Source: Anaeramoeba ignava BMAN (Eukaryota > Protista > Anaeramoebae). From it: DNA of 64,000 nucleotides. Of this stretch, positions 1 through 13,119 are shown piece by piece (the stretch's first letter is position 1; each line of letters starts with the position of its first letter). Below the pieces are notes generated by a model. The model worked only from the letters and a program-made list of their open reading frames with translations. It did not search any database and was not told the origin of the DNA. The DNA is taken from NCBI GenBank assembly GCA_028826165.1, contig JAPDFW010000073.1, forward strand, positions 319,850-383,849. The letters are read 5' to 3'. Made by a program: the position numbers and the translations under genes.

Positions 1-3000
1 GATTTTCCTGAATAATCATGAACTTGATTTGATTGATCTTGAATATTTAATTCAAACATTCCTTTAAACAATTCACTTCTTAATATTAATATTAATTTAT
101 GAACTTTAATTTCTTTTTCTTCACAAATAATTCTAAAATCTTTTGTTTCATTTTCTTGATATAATTTTGATAAATCTTTTATTATTCCTTTTCTTCCTTT
201 TTTTTCATTAACCCAATTTAAATCGAATCCAATTTCTTCAAAAAAACTTATTACTCTATTTTCATTTTCATTTTCATTTTCAGAAATTTGTTTCAATTCT
301 TCTGCTCGTGGATTAGTTTGATCAGATTCAAATGGATAATCATCTGGGAACATATCAAAATCTGGATATTCATATGTGTAAGTATATCCTGATTCATTTT
401 GAATAATGAATTGATTACGATATTGATCAAAATCAGGAAATCCAGTATAAAGAAAATTTAGAAGAATTTCAACTTCTTCTTTTGATTTTTGAGAACAAAT
501 ATCAATAAATTTTTGTAAAATAGATTCATTATTATCAAATCTTGTTAATAAAATTGGTTTATGAACTTGAAATTTGGAAGAATCATTTGATTGAATTTGT
601 AAATCTTTTAAGTTATTAGTTGATTTTAATAAATTATTCATATCTTCATTAATTGAATAAACTTGAGAAAAAAGTGTCAAAAATTGTTGAGAAATTTCAA
701 GATGTTCTAAATCAAAAATTTTCGCATCATTCATCAACAATATTATAATGAATTTGCTATTCGCATTTTGAATTGATGTTGAAAGTAAAGATTTATTCTC
801 ATTTGAAACAGAATTCACATCAGCACCTTTTTCAATCATAAATTTAACAATTTCAAATGATTTTAAATAATTATTGCAAATATAATAAAGAGGTGTTTCA
901 TTTCATTTATTTTTGGAATTAATATCAGCTCCTTTTTCAACAAGATATTTGATAATCTCAAGAGAATTTTTGTATTTGCAAATATAATGGAGAGGTGTTT
1001 CATTTCCATTATTTTTGGAATTAATATCAGCTCCTTTTTCAATAAGATATTTGATAATTTCAAACGAAGAGTTCTGACAAGCATAATGCAAAGGTGTTTC
1101 ATTTCTATCATTTTTGGAATTAATATCAATTCCTTTTTCCAGAAGAAATTTGATAATTTCAAATGGATTTTTATATTTACAAGCAAAATGCAAAATAGAG
1201 TCGTTTTTGTAATCAAATTTTATATTAACATCTGCACCTTTATTAATAAGAAAAGAGAAAACTTCAATTGTGTCTTTAATTCCAAAGCTAAATCTTAGCA
1301 AAGCAAAGCATAAAGCTGTTTCATTTCGGCTATTTTTGGAATTAATATCAGCTCCTTTTTCAATAAGATATTTGATAATTTCAAACGAAGAGTTTTGACA
1401 AGCATAATGCAAAGGTATTTGATTTATATTTGTTTTTGGATTAATATCAGCTCCTTTTTCAACAAGAAATTTGATAATATCAAATATTGATGGTTCGTCT
1501 TTTTGGGATTGATTAAAACAAATAAAATATAACGGTGTTTCTTGGAAAATTGTTTCTGCATTAACATCTGATCCTCTTTCAACAAGATATCTTATAATTT
1601 CAAGTGAAATGAGTCTTGTACAAGCATAATGCAAAGGAAGATATGAATGATAATTCACAATATTAATATCTGCAAGATTTTCAACAAGGCATTTGATAAT
1701 TTTAAATAGAGTCTCTTTCGGACAAGAAAAATCATTTTGACAAATTATATGCAAAGCTGTGTTTTTCATATTTCTTATTTGTGCATTAATATCTGCTCTT
1801 TTAGAAACAAGAAGGTTAATAAGTCCCACAGTATATTCGTTTGGATAAGAACAAATCACCAAAAGTGGTGTTTTATCTTCAAAATTTTTAGCATTAATAT
1901 CAGCTCCTTTTGCAATAAGAAATTTAATAACTTCAACACATGTTTGAATTTTTTCACAATTAAATAAAGAAAAACATGCAGTATGCAAAGGTATCTCAAC
2001 AGAACTACTTTTGGCATTAATATCTGCTCCTTTTTCAACAAGAAATTGCACAATTTTCGTTGAATTTGCGTTTATGTTTTCACAAGCCAAATGCAATGAT
2101 GTTTTCTTATCACCCTTTTTTTGTGCTTTAATATTTGCTCCTTTTTCAACAAGTAATTTAATAACTTCAAATGAATTACTTCCTTTATGTTGACAAGCAA
2201 AAAGCAAAGGAGTCATGTGATCCTGAGCTATTTCAACATCCAATTCAGCTCCCTTTTCAACAAGAAGTTTTGCTAATTCAAATGAATTTGGATGATCACA
2301 TTTGCAAATAAAATGTAAAGGAGTAAGTTGATATTCTGTTTGTGCTTTAATATTTGCTCCTTTTTCAATAAGAAATTTAATCACTTCAAGTGAATTTTGA
2401 TGTTCACAAGCATAATGTAAAGGTGTTATAAAATATTTATTCTTAGAATTGATATCTGCTCCTTTCTCAATCAAAAATTTGATAATTTCAAATGAATTTT
2501 TATAATGACAAGCAAAATGTAAAGGTGTTCCTTCCCAATTAGTTCGAGCATTCACATTTGCTCCTTTTTCAACAAGAAATTTAATCACTTCAAACGAATT
2601 TTGATATTCACAAGCATAATGCAAAGGAGTTAATTCATAAGTTGTAAAAGCATTAACATCAGCTCCTTTTTCAATAAGAAATTTAATCACTTCAAGTGAG
2701 TTTTGATATTCACAAGCAAAATCCAAAGGAGTCTGATTTTGATTTGCTTTTGAATTAATATCTATTCCTTGATCAACAAAAAATTTGATAATTTCAAGTG
2801 CATTTGGGTTTGTATTCTGAGAAGCATAATGCAAAGATGTTTGTTTTTGAGCTGTTTCGGAATAAATATTTGCTCCTTTTTCAACAAGAAATTTAATCAC
2901 TTCGAACGAATTTTGATATTTGCAAGCATAATGCAAAGGAACCTCTTGTAAATCTGTTTGTGAATTAATATCTATTCCTTGATCAACCAAAAATTTGATA

Positions 3001-3698
3001 ATTTCAAGTGCATTTGGGTTTGTATTGCGACAAGCATAATGAAAAGCTTTTTCTGTTGTGATCTTTTTTGGATTAATATCAGAAGCTTTTTCAATAAGAA
3101 ATTTAATAACATCAACTGAATTTTGATATTGAAAAGCATAACGAAAAGGTGTTTGCATAAAATTTCCTTTTTCAAAAATATCAGCTCCTTTTTCAACAAG
3201 AAATTTGATAACATCAACTGAATTTTGATATTGACATGCATAATGTAAAGGTGTCTCATTTTCATTTGTTTTTGAATTAACATCAACACCCTTTTCAATA
3301 AGTAATTTAATAACTTCAAATGAATTTTCATATTTGCAAGCAAAATGTAAAGGTGTTTCTTTGTTATTTGTTTTAGAATTAATATCTGCTCCTTTTTCAA
3401 CAAGAAATTTAATCAATTCAAATGAATTAGAATGCTTATATATACAAGCAAAATGTAAAGGTGTTTCTTCTAAATACAAGGCTTTAATATTTAATTTAGC
3501 TTTTTTTTCAACAAGAAATTTGATAATTTCAAGTGAATTTTCTTGCTGATATTTGCAGACAAGATGCAAAAGTGTTTTTCTTTTCTTTGTTTTTGAATTA
3601 ATATCAACACCTTTCTCAATCAAAGATTTAAACATTTCAAATAAGTTGGAATTTTTCTTTTTACATAAATCAATTATTAATTTTTGATTTTTCTCCAT
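1..3698 (-). CDS. Ankyrin-repeat protein with C-terminal tandem BTB/POZ domains; 3' end runs off the window; in-frame TGA at 903-905
   Basis: ORF 903..3698 is an array of ankyrin repeats (TPLHxAC...EKGADIN). The same frame continues past the TGA (NSKNK*NETPLYYICNN...) into BTB-like segments DLQIQSNDSSKFQVHKPILL and DFRIICEEKEIKVHKLILILRSELFKGMF. Confidence 0.85.
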
Positions 3699-3764
3699 TT
3701 TATTTAATTTTTTTTTATTTTTAAATGAAAGAAAAAAAATGAAAAAAAATTTTTATTTAATTAA

Positions 3765-6700
3765 TTAATTTAAAAATAAATCAATTATTGAATTTGGATT
3801 TAATTGGAAATAATCTTTTAAATCATAAAATTCTTTGTTAATTTTAATTTCTTCTTCAAATTCATCATGATAAAGAAAGTAAATAAATTGATTAATTGTT
3901 TCAAATGATTTTCCTGAATAATCATGAACTTGATTTGATTGATCTTGAATATTTAATTCAAACATTCCTTTAAACAATTCACTTCTTAATATTAATATTA
4001 ATTTATGAACTTTAATTTCTTTTTCTTCACAAATAATTCTAAAATCTTTTGTTTCATTTTCTTGATATAATTTTGATAAATCTTTTATTATTCCTTTTCT
4101 TCCTTTTTTTTCATTAATCCAATTTAAATCAAATCCAATTTCTTCAAAAAATTCTATAAGAATCATTTCTCTCATTTCAATTTTATTTTCTGATTCATTT
4201 TGAATAATGAATTGATTACGATATTGATCAAAATCAGGAAATCCAGTATAAAGAAAATTTAGAAGAATTTCAACTTCTTCTTTTGATTTTTGAGAACAAA
4301 TATCAATAAATTTTTGTAAAATTGATTCATTATTATCAAATCTTGTTAATAAAATTGGTTTATGAACTTGAAATTTGGAAGAATCATTTGATTGAATTTG
4401 TAAATCTGAAAAATTATTAGTTGATTTTAATAAATTATTCATATCTTCATTAATTGAATAAACTTGACAAAAAATTGTTAAAAATTGTTGAGAAATTATT
4501 ATTTGATTTCCCAAATCCAAAAAATTTACATCATTCATCAACAATATTTGAATCCCTTTTTCGTTCTCATTTTGAATTGATATTGAAAGTGGTGATTCTC
4601 CATAACCATTTTGAAAATTTATATCAGCACCATTTTCAATAAGCAATTTAATCACTCCAAATGAATTTTTATATCTGCAAGCAAAATGTAAAGGTGTTAT
4701 GCTATCTTTGTTTTTGTAATCCACATCAACACCTTTTTCAATAAGAAATTTAACAATTTCAACTGAATTTTGAGATTGACAAACAATATGTAAAAGGAGT
4801 TTCATTTTCATTTGTTTTTGAATTAATATCAGCTCCTTTTTCAACAAGTAATTTAATAACTTCAAATGAATTTTCATATTTGCAAGCATAATGCAAAGGT
4901 GTCTCATTTCTATCTGTTTTTGAATTAATATCTGCTCCTTTTTCAACAAGAAATTTAATCACTTCAAATGAATTTTTATATTCACAAGCAAAATGTAAAG
5001 GTGTTCTATTATTTTTGGCTTGATAATTAACATCAGCACCTTTTTCAACAAGAAATTTAATAATTTCAAATGATTTCTTGTATTTACAAGCAATATGTAA
5101 AGGCTTCTCTCTTGTTTTTGTTTTTCTATTAACATTAGATCCTTTTTCAATAAGAAATTTAATAATTTCAAGTGAATCTTTATATTGACAAACAATATGT
5201 AAAGGAGTCTCATTTTCATTTGTTTTTGAATTAATATCTGCTCCTTTTTCAACAAGTAATTTAATAACTTCAAATGAATTTTCATATTTGCAAGCAAAAT
5301 GTAAAGGTGTCTCATTTCTATCTGTTTTTGAATTAATATCAGCTCCTTTTTCAACAAGAAATTTAATCACTTCAAATGAATTTTGATATCTGCAAGCAAA
5401 ATGCAAAGGTGTTTCTTTGTTATTTGTTTTAGAATTAATATCTGCTCCTTTTTCAACAAGAAATTTAATCAATTCAAATGATTTAGAATGCTTATATATA
5501 CAAGCAAAATGTAAAGGTGTTTCTTCTAAATACAAGGCTTTAATATTTAATTTAGCTTTTTTTTCAACAAGAAATTTGATAATTTCAAGTGAATTTTCTT
5601 GCTGATATTTGCAGACATGATGCAAAGGACTTGCTTCACTGTTTTTTCTAGGATTAATTTTGGCTTTTTTTAATACTAGAAATTTGATAATTTCAAATGT
5701 ATTTTGATGTTTAAATTGGCAAGCAATATCTAAAGGTGTTTCTTTCTTAATCTTAGTTCTGACATTAACATCTGCTCCTTTTTCAATTAAATATTTAATA
5801 ACTTCAATTGCATTTTTATTACAAACAAGATGTAAAGGTGTTTCATTTTGAATTGTTTTATTTTTGACATTGGCTTTTTTTGAAACTAATAATTGGATAA
5901 TTTCTAGCAAATTATTTTCTTGATATTTACAAACTAAATCTAAAGGAGTTTCTTTTTTCTTTGTTCTGACATTAACATCAGCTCCTTTTTCAATTAAATA
6001 TTTAATAATTTCAATTGCATTTTTATTTTGATTTTGATTTTGATTTTTACAAATAAAATGCAAAGGAGTTTCATCTAAATCATTTTTGACATTAACATCT
6101 GCTCCTTTTTCAATTAAATATTTAATAATTTCAATTACATTTTTATTTTGACTTTTGCAAGTATAATGCAAAATTGTTTCATATTTCAGATTTTTGATAT
6201 TGACATCAATCCCATTTTCAATAAAGTATTTGATAACATCAATTACATTTTCATTTAGATTTTCATTTTGACAAATAATTTGTAAAGCTGTTTCATTTAA
6301 ATTATTTGTAGCTTTAATATCTGTTCCATTTTGGATTAAATACTTAATAATTTCAATTAATTTTCCATTTTGTTTTTGGCTTTCATTTTGACAAAGAAAA
6401 TGTAAAGCTGTTTCATTTGAAGTAGTTCTGGCATCAAAATCTGCTCCTTTTTCAATTAAATATTTAATAATTTCAATTAAATTTTCATTCTGAAATTGGC
6501 AAACAAAATGTAAAGGCGTTTGTTTAAAATTAGCTCTGGCATTGATATCTGCTCCATTTTCAATTAAATATTTAATAATTTCAATTAAATTTTCATTTTG
6601 ATTTTGACAAGCAAAATGTAAAGATGTTCGAGATAAATTAGCTTTGTCATTGATATCTGCTCCTTTTTCAACTAAATATTTAATAATTTCAATTACTTTT

Positions 6701-6967
6701 TCATTTTGACTTTGGCAAACAAAATGTAAAACGGATTCTTTTTTAATATTTTTGGCATTGATATCTGCTCCATTTTCAATTAAATATTTAATAATTTCAA
6801 TTGCATTTTTCATTTTGTGATTGAGAAGCAAAATGTAAAGCTGTTTCATTATATATTGTATGTGAATTAATATCTGCACCTTTTGAAACCAAAAATTTTA
6901 TAATTTCAATTGAATTTTCTTTTTGACAAGCAATTAATAATTTTTCATTTTTTTGAGATTGTTTCAT
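3765..6967 (-). CDS. Ankyrin-repeat + tandem BTB/POZ protein, paralogue of the adjacent gene; two 1-nt frameshifts
   Basis: ATG at 6967 (MKQSQKNEKLLIACQ...). An extra A near 6808 and an extra T near 4795 join ORFs 4759..6879 and 3765..4949. The BTB-coding region is almost identical to 1-665. Confidence 0.85.
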
Positions 6968-7199
6968 TTTAATAAGAAGAAGAAAGAAAAAAAAATGAAA
7001 ATCAAAAAAAAAGAGAAAAAAATGAGAAAAAAAAGAGAAAATGAGAATTTATTCAAAAATTATTTTAAAATTATTCATAAGTGACTAAAAAAAAAAGAAT
7101 AAAAGAAAAAATTTTTCATTTGATTAAGTTCATTCTTCTTTTTTTCTTTTTTTTTTACTTTTTACTTTTTACTTTTTGATTTTTTTTTAAAAACAAAAA

Positions 7200-8332
7200 A
7201 TGGATAGTGATGATATTGCAGCATTAGTTATTGATAATGGTTCAGGAATGTGTAAAGCAGGAATTGCAGGTGAAGATGCACCAAGAGCAGTTTTTCCATC
7301 AATAGTTGGAAGACCAAGATATTTAGGAGTTATGGTTGGAATGGGACAAAAAGATTCATATGTTGGAGATGAAGCTCAATCCAAAAGAGGGATGTTAACA
7401 TTGAAATATCCAATAGAACATGGAATAATAACAAATTGGGATGATATGGAAAAAATCTGGCATCATACTTTTTATAATGAATTGAGAGTAACACCTGAAG
7501 AACATCCAGTCTTATTAACTGAAGCTCCATTGAATCCAAAGGCAAACAGAGAGAAAATGACTCAAATCATGTTTGAAACATTCAACTCTCCAGCAATGTA
7601 TGTTGCTATTCAAGCAGTTTTATCACTTTATGCCTCAGGAAGAACAACAGGAATGGTTGTTGATAGTGGAGATGGTGTTTCTCATACTGTTCCAATTTAT
7701 GAAGGATATGCTTTGCCTCATGCTATCATGAGAATTGATTTGGCTGGAAGAGATTTAACTGATTACTTAACAAAGATCTTGACTGAAAGAGGATATTCAT
7801 TTGTTACAACTGCTGAAAGAGAAATTGTCAGAGATATCAAAGAAAAATTGAGTTATGTTGCTTTGGATTTTGATCAAGAAATGGAAATTGCAGCTGAATC
7901 TTCTACTATTGAAAAGAATTATGAATTACCTGATGGTCAAGTTATTACAATTGGAAATGAAAGATTTAGATGTCCAGAAGTCTTATTTCAACCTTCTTTA
8001 ATTGGAATGGAACAACCAGGTGTTCATGAAACAACTTATAATTCAATTATGAAATGTGATGTTGATATTAGAAGAGATCTTTATGGAAATGTTGTTTTAT
8101 CTGGAGGTTCTTCAATGTTTCCAGGAATTGCTGATAGACTTCACAAAAGGAAATTACTCAATTATCTCCTCCTGCAATGAAAGTTAAGATTATTGCTTCT
8201 CCTGAAAGAAAATATTCTGTTTGGATTGGAGGATCAATTTTAGCTTCTCTTTCCACTTTTTCAAATATGTGGATTTCGAATGAAGAATATGAAGAATCTG
8301 GACCTTCTATTGTTCACAGAAAATGTTTTTAA
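7200..8332 (+). CDS. ACT: Actin (about 376 aa), intronless; frameshift near 8145
   Basis: [13 protein letters not shown] and [23 protein letters not shown]. After a 2-nt excess at CACAAAAGG the frame reads [61 protein letters not shown]. Confidence 0.95.
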
Positions 8333-8444
8333 ATCTCAATCTAAATCTAAATCTAAAATCAATTTCCAAATTCTTCTTTCTTTTTTGAAAATTCTTTTTT
8401 TTTTCTTTTTTGAAAAATGAACAATGAAAATCAAATTTTTTCAA

Positions 8445-10275
8445 TATTTTTAATTTAATATTTAATTTATAAATTAATTTAAAAATATAATTTAATAATT
8501 AATTTCATGTTTAAAATAATAATTTATTGTTTTAGATTTAAATATTTTAATTATTTAAATATTTAACATATAAATATAAAAAATGAAAATAGATTTAATT
8601 TAATATTTAATTTATAAATTAATTTAAAAATATAATTTAATATTTAATTTTATTATTAAAATAATAATTTATTGTTTTAGATTTAAATATTTTATTATTT
8701 AAAAATTTAACATATAAATATAAAAATGGAAATAAGTTTAATTTAATATTTATAAATTAATTTAAAAATATAATTTAAAAATTAATTTTATGTTTAAAAT
8801 AATAATTTATTGTTTTAGATTTAAATATTTTATTATTTAAATATTTAACATAAAAATATAAAAATAAGAATAGGTTTAATTTAATATTTAATTTATAAAA
8901 TTAATTTAAAAATATAATTTAATATTTAATTTTATTATTAAAATAATAATTTTATGTTTTAAATTTAAATATTTTATTATTTAAATATTTAACATATAAA
9001 TATAAAAATGAAAAAAAATAGATTTAATTTAAAATAAATTAATTTATAATTTAATATTTAATTTTATTATTAAAATAATAATTTAATGTTTTAGATTTAA
9101 ATATTTTATTATTTAAATATTTAACATATAAATATAAAAAATAAGAATAGATTTAATTTAATATTTAATTTATAAATTAATTTTAAAATATAATTTAATA
9201 TTTAATTTTATTATTAAAATAATAATTTATTGTTTTAGATTTAAATATTTTATTATTTAAATATATTTAACATATAAATATAAAAATGAAAATAGATTTA
9301 ATTTAATATTTAATTTATAAATTAATTCAAAAATATAATTTAATTAATAATTTTATGTTTAAAATAATAATTTAATGTTTTATATTTAAATATTTTATTA
9401 TTTAAATATTTAACATATAAATATAAAAATAAGAATAGATTTAATTTAATATTTAATTTATAAATCAATTTAAAAATATAATTTAATATTTAATTTTATT
9501 ATTGAAATAATAATTTAATGTTTTAGATTTAAATATTTTTATTATTTAAATATTTAAAACATATAAATATAAAAAAATAAGAATAGGTTTAATTTAATAT
9601 TTAATTTATAAATTAATTTAAAAATATAATTTAATATTTAATTTTATGTTTAAAATAATAATTTAATGTTTTAGATTTAAATATTTTATTATTTAAATAT
9701 TTAACATAAAAATATAAAAATGAAAATAGATTTAATTTAATATTTAATTTATAAATTAATTTAAAAATATAATTTAATATTTAATTTTATTATTAAAATA
9801 ATAATTTAATGTTTTAGATTTAAATATTTTATTATTTAAATATTTAACATATAAATATAAAAAACAAGAATAGATTTAATTTAATATTTAATTTATAAAT
9901 CAATTTAAAAATATAATTTAATATTTAATTTTATGTTTAAAATAATAATTTAATGTTTTAGATTTAAATATTTTATTATTTAAAAATATTTAACATAAAA
10001 ATATAAAAATAAGAATAGATTTAATTTAATATTTAATTTATAAATTAATTTAAAAATATAATTTAATATTTAATTTTATTATTAAAATAATAATTTAATG
10101 TTTTAGATTTAAATATTTTATTATTTAAATATTTAACATATAAATATAAAAATAAGAATAGATTTAATTTAATATTTAATTTATAAATTAATTCAAAAAT
10201 ATAATTTAATATTTAATTCCATTATTAAAATAATAATTTATTGTTTTAGATTTAAATATTTTATTATTTAAAAAT
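8445..10275. repeat. Intergenic tandem array, about 13 copies of a ~143-bp AT-rich unit
   Basis: Marker GTTTTAGATTTAAATATTTT (with minor variants) recurs at about 8529, 8673, 8812, 8957, 9088, 9232, 9377, 9520, 9668, 9811, 9955, 10100 and 10243. Confidence 0.9.
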
Positions 10276-10666
10276 ATTTTGAAAATTGATTTTTGAAATT
10301 AAAATTTTATCTTTTTTTTGAATTAAATTGAATTAATATTAATTTGGAAATTTGTTTTAAAATTTAAATTTATTAATAATTTTTAAATTCCAAAAAAAAA
10401 ATTAAATTAAAAATTAAATTAAAATAATTTTCCTTTTTTTTTAATAAAAAAATTAATAAAAAATAATAATAATTTATTAATAAATTAATTTAAAATAATA
10501 AATTAAAAAGAAAATTAAATTAATTATTAATTTAAATTTATTCTTATTTTTTATATTTTTATTTATTTTCAAAATCCACTTTTTTTTATTCATTTTTTTT
10601 TAAATTTTTTTTTCATTTTTTCCTTTTTTTTTAAAACAAAAACAAAAACAAAAAAACAAAAACAAA

Positions 10667-12397
10667 ATGGATAATAATAATAATAATAACCAAATTCAAA
10701 ATGCAAATGAAAATGAAAATGAAAATGAAATGAAAAATTTAGAAAAAAAAGTAACAAAAAATTTAATTAAAGATTATTCAAACCTTTTAAATGGAAATTC
10801 ATTTAAAGATTTTTCAATTTTTGTTGAGAATAAATCAAATCCTTTTGAAATTAAAGTTCATAAATCAATTTTATCTTCAAGATCTCCTTTTTTTAATGAA
10901 TCATTAAGGCAAGAATCTCTTTCTATTTCTTTAAATCAATTTAATAAAAAAGAAATGGAATCAATTTTGAGTTATATTTATTATGGAAATATTTCTTTTG
11001 AGAATCAAGAAAATCTTATTCAATTATTGGAAATTTCAATTTATTTTAAATTAAATTTATTGAAAGAAATTATTCAAAAAAAAATTTCAAATTCAATTAA
11101 TTATTCAAATTTTTTCCAATTTTTATTCCAAAATCGAAATTTAAATTCAAATGAAATTGAAATAAAATGTTTTGAATTAATAAATCAAAATTTTTCCCAA
11201 ATTCAAAATAATGAGAATTTATTCAATTTAACTAAAGAAGAAATTATCAAATTTATTCAATTTAAACAAGAAAAAAAAGAAATTTTTCAATTTGATTTTT
11301 TTCAATTTTTAAATAATTGGATTGAAAAAAGAAATCAAAGATTAAAAGAAAGAAAAAAAAAGAAAAAGAAAAAGGAATTGAAAAGAAAAGATTATTTCAT
11401 TCTTTTTTTTCATTATTTGATAAAGATTCAATTTCAAAACAAGATTTTGATAAATTAAAACAATTTGATTTTTTTCCTAAATCTTTTTTAGTTGATATTC
11501 AAAACAAAGTTATTCAAGACAATCAAAAAGAAATTGAAAACAAAGAAAAGGAAATTGAAGAGAAATGGAAGAAAGAAGTTGAAGATAAAAACAAAGAAAT
11601 TGAAGATAAAAACAAAGAAATTGAAGATAAAAACAAAGAAATTGAAGATAAAAACAAAGAAATTGAGAATAAAGAGAAAGAGAATCAACAAATGAAAATT
11701 GAAATTGAAGAGAAATGGAAGAAAGAAGTTGAATGGAAGAAAGAAGGAAAATCAACAAATGGAGAAGATTAAAGTGAATTTTGACTTGATTGTATTCCAA
11801 AAGAATTTTCCTCAATTTTCAGATTCAGAAATTATTAAAGATATTGAATATGTTAAGAAATTACAAGAATGGATAAATGATAATGATTTTTTTTCTAAAA
11901 TGAAAAAAGGATTTTCAGCAAAAAGAGATGGATTTTCTGGTGAAAATTGGCAAAAAGCAGTTGATGATAAAGGAAAAACATTAGTTATTATCAAAACAAA
12001 AGATAATTTTATTTTTGGAGGTTTTACTCAAGTTGGATGGACAATGAATACATCAAAATGGAGTTATAATGGAGGAAGTTGGGGAAGAATGAAAGATGAA
12101 AATGCATTTATTTTTTCATTAAGAAATGATAAAGGAGATAGAAATCCTGCAAAGTTTACAATTCAAAAAGGAAAAGAAGATTTAGCTATTCAATCACAAA
12201 CAGTTTGTGGACCATATTTTGGATCAAACTCTCCAGATTTTTATTTATGTTCTAATTTACAACCTGGTTATTCAAATTTTGGTTCTCGATATAATCTACC
12301 TAATGGAATTACTTTTGAATCAAATGAAGCTTATAGTTATTTAGCTGGTTCTCATGATAAATGGGTTGTTGATGAACTTGAAACTTATTTCATTTAA
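10667..12397 (+). CDS. BTB/POZ-coiled-coil-TLDc protein; frameshifts near 11355 and 11745
   Basis: N-terminal BTB (FKDFSIFV...IKVHKSILSSRSPFF), (EIEDKNK)n coiled coil in an intermediate frame, and C-terminal TLDc (FSAKRDGFS...KGKTLVIIKTKDNFIFGGFT...AFIFSL...GPYFG...ELETYFI). Confidence 0.85.
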
Positions 12398-12491
12398 AAA
12401 TTAATTTTCTTTTTTTTTTTCAAAATTTAATTCAATTTTAATTTACTTTCAATCAAATAAAATTCTTCAAATTAATAAATAAGAAAGATTC

Positions 12492-13005
12492 CAAATAAAA
12501 TTATTATTTAAAATTATTAAAATTAAATAAATATTTTTATTAAAATATTTCAATTTAAATTTTGATTAAATTTTTTAATAATCAAAATAAAATAATTTGT
12601 AAATAAAAAGTATTAGTTTAATCAAATAAAATTATAATTGAATTTAAAATAAAATTAAATCAAATAAAATAATTATTTAAAATTATTAAAATTGAATAAA
12701 TATTTTTATTAAATTATTTCAATTTAAATTTTGATTTAATTTTTTAATAATCAAAATAAAATAATTTGTAAATAAAAAGTATTAGTTTAATCAAATAAAA
12801 TTATAATTGAATTTAAAATAAAATTAAATCAAATAAAATTATTACTTAAAATTATTAAAATTAAATAAATATTTTTATTAAATTATTTCAATTTAAATTT
12901 TGATTTAAATTTTTTAATAATCAAAATAAAATAATTTGTAAATAAAAAGTATTAGTTTAATCAAATAAAATTATAATTGAATTTAAAATAAAATTAAATC
13001 AAATC
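12492..13005. repeat. Three tandem copies of a ~169-bp unit
   Basis: TTTGTAAATAAAAAGTATTAGTTTAATCAAATAAAATTATAATTGAA occurs three times; units start at about 12492, 12661 and 12830. Confidence 0.9.
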
Positions 13006-13049
13006 AAAGCGAATTATTTTTTTGAATCCAAAAAAGAAAAAAATTTTTT

Positions 13050-13092
13050 TACATTTTTTCATTTTTTTCATTTTTTCATTTTTTCATTTTTT
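13050..13092 (+). promoter_or_regulatory. Tandem TCATTTT initiator-like motifs (example of a window-wide pattern)
   Basis: CATTTTTTCATTTTTTTCATTTTTTCATTTTTTCATTTT lies about 30-70 nt upstream of the ATG. The same pattern precedes most genes in the window. Confidence 0.6.
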
Positions 13093-13119
13093 AAAAATTT
13101 TTAAATTCAAAACAAAAAA

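Noticed and set aside
863-5605. Short overlapping and antisense ORFs within the ankyrin genes
   Set aside because: They are shadow frames of repetitive coding sequence.
7200-8332. Actin pseudogene
   Set aside because: The only lesion is at an A/G run and the downstream sequence is fully conserved to the stop codon.
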